This document shows positions 11,264 to 21,804 of a stretch of 64,000 nt of DNA, in pieces; position 1 is the stretch's first letter, and every line of letters begins with the position of its first letter. Position numbers and translations under genes: made by a program. This DNA comes from a virus (lineage: Duplodnaviria; Caudoviricetes): positions 5,617-69,616 of IMG/VR virus record IMGVR_UViG_3300010048_000002. The stretch is one strand, 5' to 3'. The notes under the pieces were generated by a model, which did no database searches, had not been told where the DNA came from, and saw only the letters and a list, made by a program, of their open reading frames with translations.

Positions 11264-11558
11264 GACTTGAAGCGGCCTTCTGCGGGAGAGTCGTCTCTCG
11301 AACACTCGTCGAACTTGGCCCCTTCACGCTCGCGCCACGTCTTCAGCACGTAGTCGATGGCATCTTTGAACTCTTGCCATGACGTTGCGTCGAACCGTAG
11401 CATGAAGCGGTTGTCGCGGGTGACTACGAGGTCAGCTCGTGCATCGCTGATGCCTAGGGCATCGGCGAACCCGTACGTCTCAGTGATGGTCACCTCGATG
11501 CCGCCGGGCAGCGATGCCTTGAGGACGTGAGCGGTGCCGATAGTTTCCTTGATGTCCA

Positions 11559-11810
11559 TCAGCCGGCGCCGCCGTCGCCGCTGCGGCGGCGATTGTGGGT
11601 CGCCCTGCCGCCCTTGCGGCCAGCCTCGCGGGCTTCTTCGTGGGTGAACTCGTGAGCCGTGCCTGCGGCGTGCGCCGCTTTGCCGCCCTTACGGGCGATC
11701 TCAGACACGAGGGCGCGGTCCATGGCGGCAAAGCCACGGCGCTTCTTCGTGGGTTGGGGGGAACTGACGGGGGCGCCCTGGGCGTCACCGGTGGAGTTGG
11801 TGTTTTGCAT
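11559..11810 (-). CDS. KGG-repeat general stress protein
   Basis: RGFAAMD..IARKGGKAAH..AHEFTHEEAREAGRKGG. Confidence 0.85.
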   Translation of the reverse strand: MQNTNSTGDAQGAPVSSPQPTKKRRGFAAMDRALVSEIARKGGKAAHAAGTAHEFTHEEAREAGRKGGRATHNRRRSGDGGAG

Positions 11811-11867
11811 GAGCAGGAGCGTAAGCCCCGCCCATCAGAAGCGCAAGTGTCGCTTAGTCGACAGCGC

Positions 11868-12137
11868 TTACTTTTTCTTGGCGGCGAGCGCCGTCACCTT
11901 CGCCGCCGCAGGGGCCGCAGGCGGTGCAGCCGGCGCCAGTGCGGCAGTCTTCGCTGCGCTGCCGGGGTTCTTCAGAACCGCGAAGCTACCGACGAGCACG
12001 GGGATGAGGATCATGAGGATCGTCATCAAGTCCAGCTTTTGCCCACTGCCCATCGCGGACTGGAAGCCTTTCAAGACTCCCGGCACGAAGAACAAAAGCC
12101 ACGCGATGATGTCCTGCCAATCGAGTTTCGCCAACAT
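11868..12137 (-). CDS. Small two-TM membrane protein (holin-like)
   Basis: Two hydrophobic stretches and a basic C-terminus (AAKKK). Confidence 0.4.
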   Translation of the reverse strand: MLAKLDWQDIIAWLLFFVPGVLKGFQSAMGSGQKLDLMTILMILIPVLVGSFAVLKNPGSAAKTAALAPAAPPAAPAAAKVTALAAKKK

Positions 12138-12149
12138 GACTTGTGTCCT

Positions 12150-12491
12150 TTACGGGTGGCGGGTCAAAAGCGCGTCGACCTTGTCTTCGATACGCGCTAC
12201 CCGCTCGTCGATGGTTTTTGTAAGCCGTTCAACCGCTTCAGCGATACCTCTGTGTTCCGCTCGCGCGACATGTACTTCCCCCTCAAGCCCCTTGACGGCC
12301 AGTTGCGCCTGTTGGACGTCTGTACTTGCCGTGGAGCACGTACCTTCGCACACCTTGATGCGCGCTATGAGCGCTTCACGCTCTCCCGTAGCCGCCTTCT
12401 CACGGATGTGAGTGACGTACTGGAATGCCGCTAGCACCAACGTGCAGAACAGCGCGATGAGCGCGATGACGGCTTCGGCGGTCCACTGCAT
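12150..12491 (-). CDS. TM plus coiled-coil protein (lysis-associated type)
   Basis: N-terminal TM followed by heptads AVERLTKTIDERVARIEDKVDALL. Confidence 0.4.
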   Translation of the reverse strand: MQWTAEAVIALIALFCTLVLAAFQYVTHIREKAATGEREALIARIKVCEGTCSTASTDVQQAQLAVKGLEGEVHVARAEHRGIAEAVERLTKTIDERVARIEDKVDALLTRHP

Positions 12492-12500
12492 AACGGCGCC

Positions 12501-13426
<926 letters not shown>

Positions 13427-13430
<4 letters not shown>

Positions 13431-13729
13431 TCTCGAGACGCTCCCTTCAGAACCCATCCTAGCACGCCACCTACAAGTAGGCTTCCGATCGCGATGCCGA
13501 TGACGGCGCCACCGGAGACGTAGACGCCGGGTGTCGTCGTTGGTGACGAGGGCGCCGCTGTCGCCGTTGGCGCGGCCGGGGCCGGCGCGCCGATGGGCGC
13601 CTTCTGAGGGGGCGCTTGCGGCGGCGCTTGCGGTGCGGCCTGTAGCGGCTGCGAGTGAGGCGCAGGCGGTTGCAGGAACCCCGCGCCCGCGCCGGCAGTC
13701 AGCAGCTTAGCCTCGATGACTTCAGCCAC
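13427..13729 (-). CDS. Pro/Ala-rich protein with C-terminal TM anchor
   Basis: GGAVIGIAIGSLLVGGVLGWVLK. Confidence 0.5.
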
Positions 13730-14651
13730 AGGGCCCCTCCTTCATCCCCACGCCGTCAGTGCTGTCGCACTCATCCGTATCGTATTCGACGATGAGGCTT
13801 CCGCCGACAGCGCCGATGTACGCGGTGGGGAAGTTCAGCAAGAACTGCTCTTCGTCGCTGAGCCCTTGGCTGAAGATGGTGCTCGGGGTGAATCCCGTCA
13901 GCGCTAGGCGCGTGGAGGCGTTCGTCTGCTTCACGGAGCAGTAGAGCGCGTATGTCCCCGGCGCGCTGCACGGGATGTCGAGAGAATCCCACGCGTGGCT
14001 CGTCGAGTAGGGCGTCGTCACGCCGTAGAAGGTGCCGAGGTTGCCGATGGGCTCTCCCCAAGGGATTCCGCGGTTAGGGGGCGTGTAGTCGACGAGGTCG
14101 ACGTAGGACAGATCGTTGGGCGCCATCTGGAGCGCCTCGTACAGCAGCACGCTGGTGTCGGCCCAACGGAAGGAGACGCCGTCAACGTTGACATCGATGG
14201 TAGTACCATCGCCGTTGACAGCCGTCGGAGGTACGTTCTGGCTCGCACCGCCGCGAATAGCCTCCAAGGCTGTCGCGGGGATGTATCTGAGGTGCCAGCT
14301 CCAATTCGCATCCGACAGGGTGAAGGCCGGATCCAGAACGGTTTGCCTCACGTAGCGGGTGCCCGCCCCTTCTGAGGTCTGCTTCGCCCAGAGCTCCACT
14401 TGCAGCCTGTAGCCCCTGATGCGCGCGCACCCCCCGGACTGCCCTACCTGAAACGAGGCCAGTTTGAAGAGGTACCGGCTGTTGGTGCCGAGGCTCGGGG
14501 GCGTGCAGCTCGGCAAGCTTGTCGTCGCGAGCGTTGGCACTTGGCAGGTGAAAGTCGCACTGCCGCCGTACGGATCGGTGACGACGAACTGGCTCGAGGG
14601 GTCGAACCCGATGCTGCGAATCTCGACTCTACTTTTCGGGGGCTGCGCCAC
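13722..14651 (-). CDS. Putative virion structural protein (beta-rich)
   Basis: 309 aa, Thr/Ser/Pro/aromatic-rich, downstream of the capsid candidate. Confidence 0.45.
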   Translation of the reverse strand: MAQPPKSRVEIRSIGFDPSSQFVVTDPYGGSATFTCQVPTLATTSLPSCTPPSLGTNSRYLFKLASFQVGQSGGCARIRGYRLQVELWAKQTSEGAGTRYVRQTVLDPAFTLSDANWSWHLRYIPATALEAIRGGASQNVPPTAVNGDGTTIDVNVDGVSFRWADTSVLLYEALQMAPNDLSYVDLVDYTPPNRGIPWGEPIGNLGTFYGVTTPYSTSHAWDSLDIPCSAPGTYALYCSVKQTNASTRLALTGFTPSTIFSQGLSDEEQFLLNFPTAYIGAVGGSLIVEYDTDECDSTDGVGMKEGPCG

Positions 14652-14661
14652 CGCGCACCTC

Positions 14662-15276
14662 CTAGCAGTAGATCTCTTCGTAGACGCCCGTGTCGCAACC
14701 GAGCTGCTTCAAGGCGCTGAGGGCCTGGCCCTGCGTCATCTCGATGAGCTTCGCCCAGTGCGTCGTGCGCCCCTCGAAGACGAATGTGACCTTCACCGGT
14801 GCGAACGGGAGCTGGGTGTTCGCCTGGAAGTCCATCCTGAGACCCTGCGTGTTCGTCAACACCCATCCGCAGGTGGGGCGCCGAATCTGGGCGATGGGGG
14901 TGAAGTTGGGGTAGACGTCGTAGCGTGGGGCCCCGGTGACCTTCAACGTCGCTTCGATGTTGCTCTGAAGCGCGTAGAAGTAGTCGTTGAGGTAATCGAA
15001 GTCGCCACTGCCGACGTTCTGGTTATCGACCTGGTAGCGGATGTCGTCGATGATGACGTCCTGTACCAGTTTCACGTCCTGGCCCGCGTCGAGGACGCTG
15101 GGGGTACTGACGGTGCCGAAGACGGCCGCGATGCGGATGGCCCAAGGCGCCATCGGCACACCGAGAGCCTTCGCCAGCGCGAGGCGAGGGGAGCCGAGGG
15201 CCAACATGCCCTTGATGTCCTCCATCGAGCAGCAACAAGCGCCCGCGCCCGCTTTCAGTACGTCTTGAAGCGACAT
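14662..15276 (-). CDS. Putative minor capsid or jelly-roll-like protein
   Basis: Alternating beta patterns (IIDDIRYQV, LRMDFQA, VKVTFVFEG); AGGA-like SD; adjacent to the capsid candidate. Confidence 0.4.
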   Translation of the reverse strand: MSLQDVLKAGAGACCCSMEDIKGMLALGSPRLALAKALGVPMAPWAIRIAAVFGTVSTPSVLDAGQDVKLVQDVIIDDIRYQVDNQNVGSGDFDYLNDYFYALQSNIEATLKVTGAPRYDVYPNFTPIAQIRRPTCGWVLTNTQGLRMDFQANTQLPFAPVKVTFVFEGRTTHWAKLIEMTQGQALSALKQLGCDTGVYEEIYC

Positions 15277-15303
15277 CTATCTTTGCCTTCTGCCGGCTTT
15301 CGC

Positions 15304-15338
15304 CGTCGACAGCAGCACTGAGGGCGCTGCTGTCGACG
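15304..15338 (-). terminator. 13-bp-stem hairpin after the capsid candidate (attenuator or mRNA stabiliser)
   Basis: cgtcgacagcagc-9 nt-gctgctgtcgacg; no U-tract. Confidence 0.6.
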
Positions 15339-15378
15339 ACGGGCGACTCGATGTCGCCCGCCGCCTAGCTGATGCTGA

Positions 15379-16674
15379 TTACGAGGCCCAGCCGACCGCG
15401 CAGCCGCACTCAGAGCAGATCTGCGCCTGGAGGTGCGGATCCGCCTTGATCTGGTCTGCGAGGGGCTCGGTGATCTCGTACCCCTTGACCTCGACGCTCA
15501 TGAGGCCCGTTCCGCCCTTGAACACGTAGTGCTCGGCGTTCTGGGTCTGAAGCACGTCGACGCCGTCCGTCGAAAGCTCGTCGAAGGTCGCGCCCGCGCC
15601 CGCAGAGATGAGGCTCTGGCTCGGCGTGAGGGAGTAGGGCGGGGTGCCGCCGAAGCCTCCGGTCGCGTCGAACTGGTTGCGGAAAAGGATCGCTTCCTGG
15701 TTGTTGCCGTTGGCCTCGAAGATGAGCCCCGGCGGAACGCCCGGCTTGAGGATGTACGGCTGCTCGAGGGTCCGGAACTCGGAGTTGCCCTTGAGCATGC
15801 TCCGGAGGTCCATGCCGCCGAACGTCGCATCGGCGATGACGTCGTCGAAGGGGCGGAACTTGCCCTGGGTCTCCGTCGAGGTCGTCTGCGCACCGAGGGT
15901 GCCGACGCGCACGAGGTTCTGCCAGAGGAAGATCTTGTTGCCGCCGATCTTCGTCGGGTCCGTGTACCGCAGGTTGGTGCGGTTCACGAAGTCGACGATA
16001 GACACTTGGCTGGACGAGGCGCTGCCTTCCTGAGCCGCGGGCGGCGTGTACGCCGTGTCACGGAGCTGCTCGTCCATGATGTTGATGAGGCTTCCGTAGG
16101 TCCAGCGGAGATTGTAGCCGCGGACCATGTGCCAGAAGCCGTAGTTGACCCACCAGCCCCACTGGAGGACGGCGCGCCGCATGTTCGCCTGAACCTGCGG
16201 GGCCGTCTGGGTACCGCCACCGTAAACGAGGTTCGTCTGGTCGAGGACGGTGTAGTTGTCGGGGCTGTTCGGCATCGCGACCGACGAAGCAGGCGTCGGA
16301 ATCGCGTTGCCCTGCGCGGTGAAGCACAGAGGCTCGGGCTCGAGGTGCACGCCGATGGCGCAAGCCAGGACGTACGTCTGGAACTCGCCGTTGATGAGGC
16401 CATCGGTCGAGTAGACGTTGTCGACGCCCGCGGGGTTGGCACCGGAACCCAGGATGCTGATCTGGTTTCCGAGCACCTGGCCGACGGCGCTGTTCGTGAT
16501 GGGGCCCTCGAACTCCCACTGCACCTTGGCCACCGTGGGCAGGGCGTAGATGGGGCACGAGGTCGCGCTCTTCATGAGCGAGACGATGTCCGCCGAGGCG
16601 GCGTTCTGCCCGAGCCCAGCACCGAGGGTCAGCCTCGGGTTCTTCTGGGAGGGCCTACGAATCATGGTAGCCAT
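15379..16674 (-). CDS. Putative major capsid protein
   Basis: 431 aa, beta-rich, strongly GC3-biased codons, followed by a strong hairpin, central in the virion block. Fold not verified. Confidence 0.45.
   Translation of the reverse strand: MATMIRRPSQKNPRLTLGAGLGQNAASADIVSLMKSATSCPIYALPTVAKVQWEFEGPITNSAVGQVLGNQISILGSGANPAGVDNVYSTDGLINGEFQTYVLACAIGVHLEPEPLCFTAQGNAIPTPASSVAMPNSPDNYTVLDQTNLVYGGGTQTAPQVQANMRRAVLQWGWWVNYGFWHMVRGYNLRWTYGSLINIMDEQLRDTAYTPPAAQEGSASSSQVSIVDFVNRTNLRYTDPTKIGGNKIFLWQNLVRVGTLGAQTTSTETQGKFRPFDDVIADATFGGMDLRSMLKGNSEFRTLEQPYILKPGVPPGLIFEANGNNQEAILFRNQFDATGGFGGTPPYSLTPSQSLISAGAGATFDELSTDGVDVLQTQNAEHYVFKGGTGLMSVEVKGYEITEPLADQIKADPHLQAQICSECGCAVGWAS
15389..15423 (+). other. 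Protospacer: perfect match to array spacer 57914-57948
   Basis: cagccgaccgcgcagccgcactcagagcagatctg is the exact reverse complement of the spacer (35/35). Confidence 0.97.
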
Positions 16675-16714
16675 GGTGCTTTTGCCTTTGCTTCAGAGCG
16701 CCTTCGCGCCGCTC

Positions 16715-18388
16715 CTACGCGTCGCCGACCACTCGGCGGATGTTGGGGTTATAAAGCGGCTGGACGAACCCGGACTTGCCGGCGCCCGCGCCAAGAGGGG
16801 CCCCGCGGAGGGAGCCCGGAGAAGGATTCGTCGGCTGACCGTCAGAGTTGGTCGCCGGGGGAGGCGGCTGCTGCGTCGTCAACGGAGGGTTGGCGATCGT
16901 CGAGGGGATGCCGGGGTTCGGGGCGGGGCTCGTCTGCGGCGCGCCAGCGGCACGCTGAGCCGTTCCCTGCTGAACCTGTGCGAGGGTCACGCCTGCGCAA
17001 CAGGAACCGATTCCCGTCTTGCAGTTCGTGCACTGGCACCCGGACATGAGGCCGACCGAGACGCCACCAGCGGCGGGGGCCGCAAGCTGCGCGGGGGCGG
17101 ACGACGGGTTGAGCACCGTCTGTGCGCTGATCTCCGCCATGAAGAGGCGCTGCCCGAACGGCGCGTTGCTTCGCGTAAGGTACGCGATGCCGTCGGAGAG
17201 GGCCTTTCCACCGGTGCGCATGAGCGCACCGAAGCCAAAGAACTGAACGCAGGAGCGGAGAGACGAGCTCTTGATCATCCCGCCGGCAGCGAGAGGCACG
17301 ACGCCGAGGCCGAGGCCTGCGGCGAGGCGCATCCACTGTCCTGTGCCCCACATCGGCCCGATGACGTACGTCGGGTTGGTGTGACCGGCAGCGTCGCCCG
17401 GATCGACGTAGATCTCGTTGCCAGAGCTATCCTTGGCGCCCGTGTCCTTGAGGGCATGGGTCGCAAGAAGCCGATCCACGACTTCGGCAGCGCCGAAACC
17501 GACGAGACCGCACACGCCGCCGAGAACGCCGTCCATCAGGCTGATGGGGTTCGCCATCGCGCCATGGCGCCGCCCATGCGAGCGGCGGTGCCGACGATGA
17601 GCTTCGTGGCTCCGGTGACCGCGCACGTAGACGCGGCGAGAGCTGCCACGCTTCGCGCGACGGTAGTAACCGCGCACCGTGTGCTTGTGATGGCCGGGGC
17701 GCTTGCGCTTGTAGCTGCGGCGCTTGCGACGCCGCGGGGCCTCGGCGGCGTGAGCCGTGTGCCTGCGCCGCTTGGCGCTGCGCCGCCTGCGCTTCTTGCC
17801 CTCGAAGGCGTAATACTTGCCGCTGAACGGATCCAAGCGGACCCGCGTGTGCTTGCCGCTGCGGCGCTTGCGAGTGCGAGCGGCCTTCCTGCCGGCGGCC
17901 ACGCGCCGGGGATTCTTCCGGTGGTAGCTACGCCGAGCGCCCGCCGGCTTCTTGCAGCGCTTCCGGCCGCGGGGGCTCTTCAGCTTTCCGTATTTGCAGC
18001 TACGCTTACGCTTTCGCGCCATTGTCGAGGACTCCCGTGAGGTGTGGCGCTTCTTGCGCCGTCCCCTGGTACCCCGCGAAGGCTTCTCCCCTGCACGGTG
18101 AGAAGTGTGCACCGTCTTACGCGCTCGTGTCAAGCGACGCGTACGCTTTTTCTCGCCAGCGGCGTTTCTGCGGCGCTTACGCTCACCGGCGCGCTTCTTC
18201 GCTGCATTGCAGACAGCCCACGGATTCGCCTTACTGCGACGGCGTTTGTTGGAGCGTTTCACGCCCCGTACGCACTTCTCGAACTTCTTGCGACTCCAAG
18301 GCTTTTTGCCGCTGGAGCGCTTGCGCTTACGGCTAGCTGCGGACACTTCGTCCCCCTCGCGCTGCATCACGTCTATGTAGTCGGACAT
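16715..18388 (-). CDS. Arg/Lys-rich core-like protein with hydrophobic C-terminal half
   Basis: About 270 aa of R/K/H runs with NP motifs, then Gly-rich hydrophobic helices and CxCxxC. Confidence 0.6.
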   Translation of the reverse strand: MSDYIDVMQREGDEVSAASRKRKRSSGKKPWSRKKFEKCVRGVKRSNKRRRSKANPWAVCNAAKKRAGERKRRRNAAGEKKRTRRLTRARKTVHTSHRAGEKPSRGTRGRRKKRHTSRESSTMARKRKRSCKYGKLKSPRGRKRCKKPAGARRSYHRKNPRRVAAGRKAARTRKRRSGKHTRVRLDPFSGKYYAFEGKKRRRRSAKRRRHTAHAAEAPRRRKRRSYKRKRPGHHKHTVRGYYRRAKRGSSRRVYVRGHRSHEAHRRHRRSHGRRHGAMANPISLMDGVLGGVCGLVGFGAAEVVDRLLATHALKDTGAKDSSGNEIYVDPGDAAGHTNPTYVIGPMWGTGQWMRLAAGLGLGVVPLAAGGMIKSSSLRSCVQFFGFGALMRTGGKALSDGIAYLTRSNAPFGQRLFMAEISAQTVLNPSSAPAQLAAPAAGGVSVGLMSGCQCTNCKTGIGSCCAGVTLAQVQQGTAQRAAGAPQTSPAPNPGIPSTIANPPLTTQQPPPPATNSDGQPTNPSPGSLRGAPLGAGAGKSGFVQPLYNPNIRRVVGDA

Positions 18389-18451
18389 GAGCTTATCCGT
18401 AGGCGCATGTACGCCTTACAGAGGACAGCGTAGCGCGTTACGCGTCAGACG

Positions 18452-18940
18452 CTAGGGTGCGACGATGCCGCGGTCATCGAGATGGCACCACGAGGGCATA
18501 TCGAGGCGATAGACGGCAGCGGCGCCAGTGCCGCGTCGGTACAGCGTTGCGGCGCCGGAGCGAAAGAGGCTCGCAAGACTTCTGTTGCCGAACGTGTGCT
18601 CGTAGACGCCGACCTTGTACTTCGCGCCCTCACGCCAGTAGAAGATGCGTTTCACGGAGCCGACTAGATGCCACTGGCACAAGTCAGCGGGGGGCACGTC
18701 TGTCAACATGCCTTCGCGCAGCTCGTAGTCGGCGCCGAAGTAGTCACGTGCCGGGGCATCCTTGTGAAGCCACGCCTTGTCGCCTAGCGACTCGAATCTG
18801 GCTACCAGCAAACTGCACGCCGGCCACACGACGCCTTCGGGATCATGAAGCAAAGCCGCGTCTCGATGAGGCTCCACATCGCTACTTTCGTGCATCTCGA
18901 AGAGCACATCGAAGCCTTTGGCGATGAGCCGCGAAGCCAT
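18452..18940 (-). CDS. Hypothetical protein in the virion block
   Basis: Protein-like ORF ending 2 nt after the upstream gene. Confidence 0.45.
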   Translation of the reverse strand: MASRLIAKGFDVLFEMHESSDVEPHRDAALLHDPEGVVWPACSLLVARFESLGDKAWLHKDAPARDYFGADYELREGMLTDVPPADLCQWHLVGSVKRIFYWREGAKYKVGVYEHTFGNRSLASLFRSGAATLYRRGTGAAAVYRLDMPSWCHLDDRGIVAP

Positions 18941-18942
18941 CG

Positions 18943-20766
18943 CTACTTCTTGCTAGCCGGCTTGCGTTTGCTCGTGATGCCTTCGACGGCATTGCGGAGC
19001 CCGGGGGCTATGATCGACAAGCCGTATATGGCGGCGGCTGAGACAGCCACGACGGCGACACCTTTGACGATGGATGACACGGTGTCCGCAGTAGTCGGAG
19101 GCGGAACGTAATCGGGGTTACGCTGATCGTCGTTGCGAAGGGGCGGCAAGTCGGGGGCCTGGTTACCCCCTGTCGCCTTGCAGTGCGCATCCACGAGCGC
19201 ACGCCACTTCTTGTAGATTCTCTCGAAGTCGTAGCCGCGCTGAATCTCCGCGTCGGCATCGCAGAGAGGCATGTCCGCGTTGTACCAGTTCATGAACGCG
19301 ACGTGGTCGGCGATGTAGTCGTACTTCTGTGTGAGCGTGAAGCCGTCGGGGGCACCGTTGGGGAAGGCGGGGGTGGCGGCGCAGACGCTCTTGTCCTCTT
19401 TGCACAGAGGACAGTTGTCGACATCGTCGGTGAGTTGGTCCCATCCGACCAAAAGGCGAGTCTTCTGCCCCACCAGAACGTCGATGTTGCAGTTGATGCC
19501 GGGGATGTGCACCTCGCCCACGCCCGTGGCACCGACACCGGCAGGCAAGGAGCAAGCGAGGTTCACCTTGAGATCCCAGAGCTGCCTGGCACGGGCGTAA
19601 TCCTTGAGCCGTGAGTAGTCGCTGGGCCCCAACTGTTGGCTACTGAAGGCTTGCCAGTCGGCGTAGGCGCTCTGCAAGCCGGCGGCATCGCTGGCAGCGA
19701 GAGTGGCGCAGCCTTGCGCTGTCGACACCGTCGTCTGCCACTGGGTAGTGAGTGAGGCCTTGAGCCCGTCAACAGCCGCCTGGTCCGGCGCACCTTGGCC
19801 GATGCCGCTCGGGAGCCATCCGAGACCCGTGTTGTACTCGATGCCGTGAGCTCCGGAGCGGAGCCACAAGCCGCCGCGATAGATCGTGGCGCCGGGCGCA
19901 GGACGGCCGACGGTGATGCCCCCGGGCACGTCGGGGGCGGGCCGATTGGAAGTACCGGTGTCGTCGCCGGGCGCCGGTCTGTTGGAGACGCTGATGGGTG
20001 TGCCTTCAGGTGCGGCGCCGCCGGCAAAGACACCGCCGCCGCTGGCGAAGACACTGCCGTCGCTCGCGTGCCTCTGTTGTGATGCGCCCATAGTGATTAG
20101 TTGTGCCCCCGAAACGCCCACGGGGCCAACCGGTGCGGCCTTCAGGGGATCGTAGAAGCTCTGCCCGGGAACATTCGGGGGGGCGCCTGCGGACCCCAAG
20201 GGGCCCACGGAGTAGGTGTTGTTGGCCCCGTCGACGCCGAGCTTCGTGCCGTTTTCGTCGAAGGCGACGAGCAAGACGTGCGCCTGCTCGGGGAAGGGCT
20301 GTACGCAGATCATCACGGGGATGGCTAAAGACAGAATCATCGCGCCTAAAGCGGCTGTCGCATCGTCGCAATCGCCTCGCCTGAGACACAGCCCCGCTTT
20401 GCCCCTGAGGCACATCGTCGCGCTCGGGGATTGCACCTGCTCCGTCTTCCCGGGGTCCGAGGCGTAGAGCACAAGCGAGCGGTACTCGTCGAGGCAGGCT
20501 TGGCAGATCTGCCTCACACTAGGCTTCTTGCCCCGCCCGTCGAAGCCAGCCTTTCTAACCGCCTCGGCGGCGATGCCCTGCACGTCTGGGTCGTTCTGGC
20601 CCTCTCGAATCTTCTGAGCGATGGCGTCGACGCTCTGGCCGGCGCCTACGGGGCCATCGACGTAGGCCTGCACGTCGATGCGCGCGCCCTCCGCTTGTGC
20701 CCGAGGGATGCCGGGCGTGAAGCTCTGGCTGAGCCCTAAGCCGAAACTACGCACGCCATTACGCAT
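18943..20766 (-). CDS. Transglutaminase-like cysteine protease domain protein with C-terminal TM anchor
   Basis: GDCDD (20362-20376), AHVLL and VDGAN form a candidate Cys-His-Asp triad; C-terminal TM plus basic tail. Confidence 0.7.
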   Translation of the reverse strand: MRNGVRSFGLGLSQSFTPGIPRAQAEGARIDVQAYVDGPVGAGQSVDAIAQKIREGQNDPDVQGIAAEAVRKAGFDGRGKKPSVRQICQACLDEYRSLVLYASDPGKTEQVQSPSATMCLRGKAGLCLRRGDCDDATAALGAMILSLAIPVMICVQPFPEQAHVLLVAFDENGTKLGVDGANNTYSVGPLGSAGAPPNVPGQSFYDPLKAAPVGPVGVSGAQLITMGASQQRHASDGSVFASGGGVFAGGAAPEGTPISVSNRPAPGDDTGTSNRPAPDVPGGITVGRPAPGATIYRGGLWLRSGAHGIEYNTGLGWLPSGIGQGAPDQAAVDGLKASLTTQWQTTVSTAQGCATLAASDAAGLQSAYADWQAFSSQQLGPSDYSRLKDYARARQLWDLKVNLACSLPAGVGATGVGEVHIPGINCNIDVLVGQKTRLLVGWDQLTDDVDNCPLCKEDKSVCAATPAFPNGAPDGFTLTQKYDYIADHVAFMNWYNADMPLCDADAEIQRGYDFERIYKKWRALVDAHCKATGGNQAPDLPPLRNDDQRNPDYVPPPTTADTVSSIVKGVAVVAVSAAAIYGLSIIAPGLRNAVEGITSKRKPASKK

Positions 20767-20781
20767 GCGCCTAGTGTAGCA
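20767..20781 (-). promoter_or_regulatory. Extended -10 promoter, leaderless
   Basis: TGc-TACACT-6 nt-ATG. Confidence 0.55.
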
Positions 20782-21264
20782 GGCGCACGGGCGTCAAGCC
20801 GTTTTCTAGCGCTTGCCGCGCAGTCTACTCTCCAACACGGCGCGCTGCTGAGCCTGCACCGCCGCTTGGCGGGGGTCTAGCCCGCCAGCCGCGTCGAGCC
20901 CCGCTCCTGGCACACGGGGCAAGGCGCGCGCCATTCCTACTTCGTCGAGATCCCAGCCGGCTTGACGAAGATGCCCGACGTCGACGGCCGCGAGCACCAC
21001 TTGACCATTGGGGGCTTGCACCGGCCAGGCGAGAAGCGCTTGCCCCGAGTGCCAGTAGAAGCACACGACTTCCTGCGCAAGGAACTTGGCCTCGACGTCG
21101 GCAGGCACATCCTGCTGTACAATCGGCTCCACTACGCCTTCGGGCTTCACCTTGAAGCCGGCCACATCGTAGCCGCGTACGCGCTTACGCAGATCCGTAA
21201 CCGCGACGGTAATCCACATAGCCGGTATGTAAAGCGCAGCGCGCTAAACGTCAATGCGGCGGGG

Positions 21265-21798
21265 CTAAACGCCTGCGGTGAAAGCGGCTCGTGTAACACC
21301 TAGCGTCGCCGTGGCGACAGCGGCTACGAGCATCTTCGTTGTCGCAGGTACCGTAATAGCCGTCGCGACGACGGCGGCGTCTTGAAAGAGCTTCGTCGCA
21401 TCGGCATCGAGCTGCGTCAACGCGGCGAGGCTAGCGGGCGGCTTCGTAGGCGTACCGTCAGGCCTCGTAAGCATATTCAGTGCATCGTTGGCGACGGCGT
21501 TGCTGTCCGGATCCCAAATGGGCCACACGAGGGGATGGTTGACGAAGGCATCAGCTCGCAAGTTGTTGGCGGCGAGTTGCAAGAGCTGAATCTGTGTCTT
21601 CAGGTCGCCCCACGGGTCCACGGAGGGTTTCACGTTGTTGCCGCCGCCGCCGGGTGTCGGCGTCGGCGTCGGCGCAGGCGGCGCGCCGCCCTGCGGTGTA
21701 GACTTGCTCGTCGCGTGCGCAATAAGCGCGATGCCGCCTACGGCGAGTATCGCGAGCCCTCCGACAGCCAGCAGCGTATCACGCGTCTCGGCGCGCAC
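21265..21798 (-). CDS. N-terminal TM-anchored virion protein
   Basis: LLAVGGLAILAVGGIALIAH followed by a PTPTP linker. Confidence 0.5.
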   Translation of the reverse strand: MRAETRDTLLAVGGLAILAVGGIALIAHATSKSTPQGGAPPAPTPTPTPGGGGNNVKPSVDPWGDLKTQIQLLQLAANNLRADAFVNHPLVWPIWDPDSNAVANDALNMLTRPDGTPTKPPASLAALTQLDADATKLFQDAAVVATAITVPATTKMLVAAVATATLGVTRAAFTAGV

Positions 21799-21804
21799 GT
21801 GTCT

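Noticed and set aside
15433-18040. Long plus-strand ORFs (15433-17049, 16550-18040); likewise 41009-42154 and 56082-57590
   Set aside because: Antisense shadows of GC3-biased real genes with no motifs.
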